A DNA stretch of 64,000 bases from an uncultured virus (IMG/VR IMGVR_UViG_3300035698_029539) (taxonomy: Duplodnaviria > Heunggongvirae > Uroviricota > Caudoviricetes), in IMG/VR virus record IMGVR_UViG_3300035698_029539. The stretch is one strand, 5' to 3'. Under the pieces are notes generated by a model. The model searched no databases. It had not been told where the DNA came from and saw only the letters and a list, made by a program, of their open reading frames with translations. The position numbers and the translations under genes are program-made. Positions 57,908-64,000 of the stretch are shown here, piece by piece. Position 1 is the first letter of the stretch. Each line of letters starts with the position of its first letter.

Positions 57908-58323
57908 TCTAACACCCTATACTCCATTTCTTCTTTTTTTACGACTTTCTTTTTTGGTTTATTTTTTGACTTGGAAAGAACTCCACTATGCATAGAATCC
58001 ATCGCATCATTCAGAACTTTTTCAATTTTTTTTTTCGTTTTATCCTCTATCGCCGTAATGCGTTTTTTCAGTTCAGCCGAACACTTTTTACAAGCTCTTA
58101 ATTTCAATTCTTTTTTTGATATTTTAATATATGAACCGGAATAATTTGTCACCGCCTGACCCAATCTTCCAAACTTCGCTGACAACTTTCCTTTGAAATT
58201 CTGTGAATGAGTCCCACAAACATCCTTTCCACATACGATACATACGAAATCAGCAACTCTATCCTTTGTACAAAAGTCGCATGTATTAACTTGTTTTAAT
58301 GTCATGACTTCACCAATCTTCAA
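57904..58323 (-). CDS. Zinc-finger protein
   Basis: CDFC, CIVC..CGTH, CKKC. Confidence 0.65.
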   Translation of the reverse strand: MKIGEVMTLKQVNTCDFCTKDRVADFVCIVCGKDVCGTHSQNFKGKLSAKFGRLGQAVTNYSGSYIKISKKELKLRACKKCSAELKKRITAIEDKTKKKIEKVLNDAMDSMHSGVLSKSKNKPKKKVVKKEEMEYRVLE

Positions 58324-58651
58324 TTATTTCCCAAGTATTAATCCAATCAATTTCTTTTATCTCGTCAAGTTCATACCCAACCATAAATAACGCTATTGGT
58401 ATATGTGCAATGTCACACGGAACTTTATTGTATCCAAAAACCGCCACTTCTTCTATTCCTGGCATACGTTTCTCTAATCGTAACACATTATAAGTATCCG
58501 CATACTTTACAGCCTCCTTTAAGCTCAAAGCGCATTCCAAAAGATTTTTGGAAAATCTTCCAATTTGGAACTTCACTCGGAAATCTTTTGTTACGCCGAT
58601 TATCAATAATATTTTTGCATACGCCTCAGCCGAAACCATAATTTCACCCAA
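58310..58651 (-). CDS. Hypothetical protein
   Basis: 113-aa ORF in chain. Confidence 0.6.
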   Translation of the reverse strand: MGEIMVSAEAYAKILLIIGVTKDFRVKFQIGRFSKNLLECALSLKEAVKYADTYNVLRLEKRMPGIEEVAVFGYNKVPCDIAHIPIALFMVGYELDEIKEIDWINTWEIIEDW

Positions 58652-59858
58652 ACATCGCCTTTTGACCCTCTGTTTTCTTTTCGTTGTTAAGCTCCTTAAT
58701 ACGCTTTATCAAAATCTCCTCGGTAAATTCATCTTCAAATATTAATACATCCTCTATGGCCGACCGAATATGAGCACCAGACCATTTCTTCATCATCATA
58801 ACAATTCTATCCGCATTGTCCACTTTTAAATCATGATGACCTAAATAATATTCAAATATTTCCTTTCTATCTTCCTTTTCAGGATATTTTATTTTATAAA
58901 CAGTAAATCTTTCAGGTCTTATTAAAGCATCATCAATCATTGCCAATCTATTAGTCGTCGCCAACATAAATACATTGTCCAGTTCCACAACACCATTCAT
59001 CAATCGCAGAAATTCATACGTTCTAGCACCCTGTTCCCTCGTCAAACAAAACTCGTCTATCTCGTCAATTAAAATAATCAATGGCAAATCTATGGACTTA
59101 GCCAATTCAGATAAAATCGGAATCCATTTTTCAAATTCAGAATTACCTCGTAATCCTATAATGCAAATATCATCGCCACTATATTTATTGGCTATTGCCT
59201 TTAAAATCATACTCTTTCCCGTTCCAGGCGGACCAGCCAATAATATATTTCGAGATGCCAATTTGAGATTTTTTAATTGTACATCAATAGTACGAGCAAT
59301 CCTATGCTTCTCATCCTTCATTCCCATAATACTATCAAAAGAAACTTTCAAGTCGATATCGTTCATAAATATATTTTTCAAATAAAACGCAATAAGTTTC
59401 GGAATTTTTTTACCCTTATCTAAAATCAGCAAGTTTATCATTAATGCTACCAATTCAGTAAATGCATTATCGCAAGCGTGTCCAACATCTATAAATGTTT
59501 TCTTTGCACGAAGAAGTCCAGATGCCATTACCCTGTTATTAAGTATCAACTCATAATATGTCTGATATTTATCTTTTTTTTCGTGGTGTATATGCATTGA
59601 ATTTGATGAGTACGCACTTAGCTTCAGACCTGGACCCATTGCTCCAATCTTATACAACGTATTATGAACACCGTTATGATGCTTACTCAAATCGTTATCA
59701 TTTTTCCTCTTTTTTGAATCCAGATGTATTCGTATAACATTTGCTCTCTTTTTAAAATAAGGAATAGTTTCCTTAGTCATCTGCACCAAGCCAAATTCTT
59801 TCGTAAAATATTCTAAATCCAACATTTTTAATCCCCTAATTTTTGCGTTATATATCAA
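58644..59858 (-). CDS. Classic-clade AAA+ ATPase
   Basis: GPPGTGKS, ILIDEID, ATTNR..IDDALIRPERF (SRH), SGAHI; ends AMFG. Confidence 0.92.
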   Translation of the reverse strand: MIYNAKIRGLKMLDLEYFTKEFGLVQMTKETIPYFKKRANVIRIHLDSKKRKNDNDLSKHHNGVHNTLYKIGAMGPGLKLSAYSSNSMHIHHEKKDKYQTYYELILNNRVMASGLLRAKKTFIDVGHACDNAFTELVALMINLLILDKGKKIPKLIAFYLKNIFMNDIDLKVSFDSIMGMKDEKHRIARTIDVQLKNLKLASRNILLAGPPGTGKSMILKAIANKYSGDDICIIGLRGNSEFEKWIPILSELAKSIDLPLIILIDEIDEFCLTREQGARTYEFLRLMNGVVELDNVFMLATTNRLAMIDDALIRPERFTVYKIKYPEKEDRKEIFEYYLGHHDLKVDNADRIVMMMKKWSGAHIRSAIEDVLIFEDEFTEEILIKRIKELNNEKKTEGQKAMFG

Positions 59859-61110
59859 ATACCGGACACGACCGGCAAATACTATTTTCTAATGTATCGG
59901 ACAATTTTTTTCTGAATTCTTTTGCCATTTTTCCAAACCAGATATCATTAATAAAATCTTTACAGTTTACTATATCCACCCCCTCTACATATCCATCCTC
60001 ACCCTCACAAAAACTACACGGAAATGATTTACCTTCAACATTAACATAAAAACTAAATGAACACGATTCACACGGCTCACAACACATTTCCAACTGCTCA
60101 TAATTATCCCTATCCTTCACACATTCCAAAAATTTGGGACCACTGCAACTATCCATCCCAATCGATATATTACTGTCAAGCCCCTTATCAATCAATTTCT
60201 TGTATTTATCAATACCTAATGGATGAAACTTATTTCTGTCACCTTTACTCTTTAACATCAAAAATACAATAGCATTCAGCTTCTCCAGCCTCTCGTCATT
60301 TTCAGCATCATCCAATACCTCCAGACAATCCTCATAGGTTTCCTCCGAAGCTAACATGTGAATATTTATCTGCGACATGCCCCTATCAGTCAACGTTTTA
60401 ACTGCATTATAACATATGTCCTTTGGCTTGTATCTTGATATCGCAACAGCCCCACAAACACGTTTCAAGCTGTCCGCCATTTCGTCAGTCAATCCATGAC
60501 CATTAATCGTTATATTAGGCACAATCTTATTCTGCCTGCAATAAATCATCATATCCAATAAATCAGGATTCCCTTCTATATCACCTACACCAAAAGCGAC
60601 CTGCATCAAATTGCCCTTAATATTATCCAATATCTTTTTGAAAGTATTCAAACTCATATTTTCGCCACAGCCCGTATTGCTTTTATAACACCACGAGCAC
60701 GGCACAGGTTTACCTTTACCCTCCGCATCTTTTGGGATACCGTGACACACGGTAGAAACCTCTATATCAAGTATTTCCGGGCCTATTGGACTGTACGAAG
60801 GGTCGTCATCCTCAGTTTTACCCCATCGAGCAAAAAATCCATCATCATATCTAAATATATAATTGTAATCATGACTTCGAAATTTCTTTTTCCTGTTTTT
60901 ACCCTTGCCTTCGTAAGACATTAAACCCATACACTTCTCATGAATCATAACGCCTTTGCTTTTTTCTTTTTTATCAGAAACTTCATCCGACCGTACTGAC
61001 TTTTGACCAATATTACTTCGAGTTATTACACTATCCGATACATTGACATAGTCACCATTCACCGTGATATTAATTACAGGCTTTTTTTCATCATCATTCA
61101 TTTCCACCAC
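59848..61110 (-). CDS. Radical SAM/SPASM protein with extended Cys motif
   Basis: C-x15-CSWC, PNITING, CESCSFSFYVNVEG..PCSF, CRSCP. Confidence 0.85.
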   Translation of the reverse strand: MVEMNDDEKKPVINITVNGDYVNVSDSVITRSNIGQKSVRSDEVSDKKEKSKGVMIHEKCMGLMSYEGKGKNRKKKFRSHDYNYIFRYDDGFFARWGKTEDDDPSYSPIGPEILDIEVSTVCHGIPKDAEGKGKPVPCSWCYKSNTGCGENMSLNTFKKILDNIKGNLMQVAFGVGDIEGNPDLLDMMIYCRQNKIVPNITINGHGLTDEMADSLKRVCGAVAISRYKPKDICYNAVKTLTDRGMSQINIHMLASEETYEDCLEVLDDAENDERLEKLNAIVFLMLKSKGDRNKFHPLGIDKYKKLIDKGLDSNISIGMDSCSGPKFLECVKDRDNYEQLEMCCEPCESCSFSFYVNVEGKSFPCSFCEGEDGYVEGVDIVNCKDFINDIWFGKMAKEFRKKLSDTLENSICRSCPVFDI

Positions 61111-62317
61111 TCCATCTTACTAATTCCATTTTTCCATTATCTTTTACAATAGCTTCTTTGACATTATCGTTATCACTGTCGTCATCTTTTATAAGCGAAA
61201 TATAATCTTCAATAGGCATCACATAATCACACTCATCGCAAATACGCCCAAATATCAATGCATCACATTCAGGACAACGCCTCGTCTGACCACTCTCGTC
61301 AAGAGAAGTATCAAGAGGATATATCCATGAATCTGGAAGACGACTCAAACGCTCTCTTACAATTTGCTCATGATTATCCCACCACGGCTGATTTATACTT
61401 ATATCACGGCGAAAATCAAATCCACATTCAGGACACTCATCAAATCCAAAAACGACCTCCGATTTACAATCAGGGCATTCCCAATTCTCTGGATTCTCAA
61501 AAATACGATTAGTATCTACATCGCTCTGGTCTACACCGTAAAATGCACTATAATCTTGACCACATTCAGAACATTCATCATCTCTAATATTTATAATATT
61601 AGAACATTCATCATGAATGCAATAAAAGGAATCATCATCTATTATTTCTACAACAGACTGCCCCGTTCTCGCTAATCTCCCCAACATCACCCTTCTATCA
61701 CCCGTATCCGCATCCTCAGCTAAACGTTGATAAGCATCAACCTCAAATGTATCTTGACAGTGTGAACACAAATCACCACTGTTTGAATTACTTAAAAGCC
61801 TCGCACATTCCGCACACTCCCTTCTCTCAACTGCGAGTAAAGTTTTATTTTTTGAATTTCTTAAAACAACCTTCAAAGAAATCATACAAATGTTGAAAGC
61901 AACAGCAGCAACCACTATCCAATAAACCCAATAATAACTTTCCCCCTCCGTTTCAACAACACTCTTAGCCCAAATACCCGACCTAAAATTATTGGATTCA
62001 TTCATTTTATAGACTATTTTTGTAATTTTCAAACCACTAAAATTTAAGTTATCTAATTTATCTTCCAATTCAAACACAAAAACATCATCTATCCCACCAG
62101 ACATATTATCCCTTAAAACTATACGCAATTCCTCCTTTAATTTCAAATCATCTATATCCGTAGCAGTTTCAAAATAAACACTCAGTACCTCATCACCGTT
62201 GGCAGTATTAATACCAGGATTATACTTTATTGGCGTTACCTCCCCACAGACAACAGGAATTAGCATAAGAAAAATTAACATTATTAATAGTATCACTCGT
62301 TTCATTCTATCCCGCAC
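61094..62317 (-). CDS. Single-pass membrane protein: exported domain, TM, cytoplasmic multi-zinc-ribbon region
   Basis: Signal peptide, TM YWIVVAAVAFNICMI, about eight CxxC-type pairs. Confidence 0.75.
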   Translation of the reverse strand: MRDRMKRVILLIMLIFLMLIPVVCGEVTPIKYNPGINTANGDEVLSVYFETATDIDDLKLKEELRIVLRDNMSGGIDDVFVFELEDKLDNLNFSGLKITKIVYKMNESNNFRSGIWAKSVVETEGESYYWVYWIVVAAVAFNICMISLKVVLRNSKNKTLLAVERRECAECARLLSNSNSGDLCSHCQDTFEVDAYQRLAEDADTGDRRVMLGRLARTGQSVVEIIDDDSFYCIHDECSNIINIRDDECSECGQDYSAFYGVDQSDVDTNRIFENPENWECPDCKSEVVFGFDECPECGFDFRRDISINQPWWDNHEQIVRERLSRLPDSWIYPLDTSLDESGQTRRCPECDALIFGRICDECDYVMPIEDYISLIKDDDSDNDNVKEAIVKDNGKMELVRWSGGNE

Positions 62318-62345
62318 CTATATTGTATAGCTGAGTATATAATAC

Positions 62346-62942
62346 TTATGATTCAATCCTCTTCAAATCGAGTTTTTCTTTTACTGCTTTTTGCAAATAT
62401 CCATTACTATGCATAATTGCCTTTTCCAACAATACAAATGCCTTGATATGTTTCCCCTCAATCATAAGTTCCCTTACTTTTTCCAAATCACTTTTAAGTC
62501 CGCATTCTTTAAAACAAATATCCCAAAGCTTCCAAGACAAATGTTTTCCTGTAGTCTCCATGAAAATAGGACGGAATCCATTACGACCTTCATCCTTTCT
62601 AAATAAAGCAAGTTCTATTTCCCTTATTAACTTATCATTATATGTCTTAACGGGAAACCATTCGCAATATAAATCATGGTCATTCCAATCCGTTATTTTT
62701 TCACTATCCATAGCCAAATGTTCTACTTGAACACCCTGCCTTTCTTCACATTCAGCCGATGGGTGAAACATAACCTCAATAGGTTCTTTATCAAATCGTC
62801 CAATGTTAAATCGTCCATAATTTATGCATGTTACATAGCCTCGTGTACCCTTTTTAACAAAATCCCCATTCGCAAAATGCAAATCCATGCTCGCTTTAAC
62901 AAAACGATGGAAATCGTCAACACAATATTTTTTATCACTCAT
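62346..62942 (-). CDS. Hypothetical protein
   Basis: 198-aa ORF, GGTGA upstream. Confidence 0.65.
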   Translation of the reverse strand: MSDKKYCVDDFHRFVKASMDLHFANGDFVKKGTRGYVTCINYGRFNIGRFDKEPIEVMFHPSAECEERQGVQVEHLAMDSEKITDWNDHDLYCEWFPVKTYNDKLIREIELALFRKDEGRNGFRPIFMETTGKHLSWKLWDICFKECGLKSDLEKVRELMIEGKHIKAFVLLEKAIMHSNGYLQKAVKEKLDLKRIES

Positions 62943-63756
62943 CCTGTTTCACCTTTTCACCATGACCATCCCAATGACCATTTTCTTTTCCCCATTTTCG
63001 CCACTGGTCAATTATCCTATCAAAGCATTTTATTACCGAATCTTTTTCAACCAAATGACCATAAGGATACGGACCCATACCCATATATTTTGCCAAATAC
63101 TCCAACATTTCCTGGTCTACCGCTTTTGGTATTTCATACTTACAATCAATACTATAACCCTTACCCTTGCCACCTGGCTCAGTCACATCATAAATAATTC
63201 CCGTTGATTCTGCTCTTTTCTTTGCCATCTCCTGTACAGCTTCCAGATTACCAAAAGGCATTTCAAAATCGTTAATAAAATCAGTATCTATTTCCATTAA
63301 CTTTTCAACCTTTTTACCCACCCCTAAAAGTACATTCAACTCAGCAGTCCTAAAATAATTAATCATTCTTTTAGCAGCATCGGACCGTTTATCTTCGTCC
63401 ATTTTCGCCCATATGGGAATCATTTCCTTTTCATGCTTTTCACTATCTTCAAATACTTTTTCACGTTGTTCCCGCATTGAATTATTCGTTTCAAAAATTA
63501 AAGGACTGAGCATAAACAAAATTGAAAATCCAATAACAGTCACGCCACCAATCATTATATAACCATCATACCCACTCATATTTGTCATGCTTTCGTTTAC
63601 CGATACATTAACCGTTTCACCCGTTACCTCATCCATAAACTCGTGATTTTTCAATTCAACTGACTCATCCTTGATGGCATACCGTATGCCAACCGCACCC
63701 GAAATAAATAATATTATTCCAAATATCACAACCCATTTGTAGTATTTTCTTTCCAT
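62935..63756 (-). CDS. Two-TM membrane protein
   Basis: GGAGGAG RBS, two hydrophobic helices. Confidence 0.75.
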   Translation of the reverse strand: MERKYYKWVVIFGIILFISGAVGIRYAIKDESVELKNHEFMDEVTGETVNVSVNESMTNMSGYDGYIMIGGVTVIGFSILFMLSPLIFETNNSMREQREKVFEDSEKHEKEMIPIWAKMDEDKRSDAAKRMINYFRTAELNVLLGVGKKVEKLMEIDTDFINDFEMPFGNLEAVQEMAKKRAESTGIIYDVTEPGGKGKGYSIDCKYEIPKAVDQEMLEYLAKYMGMGPYPYGHLVEKDSVIKCFDRIIDQWRKWGKENGHWDGHGEKVKQDE

Positions 63757-64000
63757 CCTTACTCCTCCTTATTTTGGATATTTTTTATTGGTTCAGCCTC
63801 TACCAATTCTATTTCCTGTCCAGTAGCCTCGCTCAATATATTCTCCAATTTTTTATGCTGGTAATCAGCCAATGGAATCGAAAATATACCATTTCAATCC
63901 AATCCCTCCGCAACTTCAACTTTCCATGTAATTCCAAAAGTTTGTTTCAGATATTCCAAGAAACTTTTATCCCTACACATCGATTTTCCACTACTATCCG

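Noticed and set aside
63760..64000. In-frame TGA in a protein-like minus frame as stop-codon recoding
   Set aside because: TGA, TAA and TAG all end well-supported genes elsewhere; a single truncated case is insufficient
1..64000. tRNA/rRNA genes, integrase/transposase, capsid/terminase, and assignment as a Borg
   Set aside because: None recognised by eye; long perfect intergenic tandem-repeat arrays typical of Borgs are not seen here, so the element class remains inferred

Overview
AT-rich, gene-dense DNA, coded almost entirely on the minus strand, most consistent with a large archaeal (euryarchaeal-type) virus or extrachromosomal element rather than a cellular chromosome. The signals are archaeal: TATA boxes usually 25 nt before the start codon, and GGTGA/GGAGG RBSs. 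It encodes TFB, a divergent MCM, a RuvC-like resolvase, an archaeal SAM synthetase and a CYTH cyclase among many short orphan genes. It also carries likely virion or membrane proteins, a ~16 kb glycan-modification and sulfur-activation island, a PNKP plus RNA ligase pair, SPFH-like surface paralogs, an AAA ATPase and radical SAM enzymes. The most striking feature is a ~4.6 kb modular gene (22078-26639). Its domains, the first ADP-ribosyltransferase-like, are separated by a recurring [KR][YF][GS]FLDI linker. These linkers coincide with DNA palindromes that keep their hairpin while changing sequence, and the same palindrome family occurs intergenically at gene ends. All functional calls come from motif recognition by eye; no searches were run.
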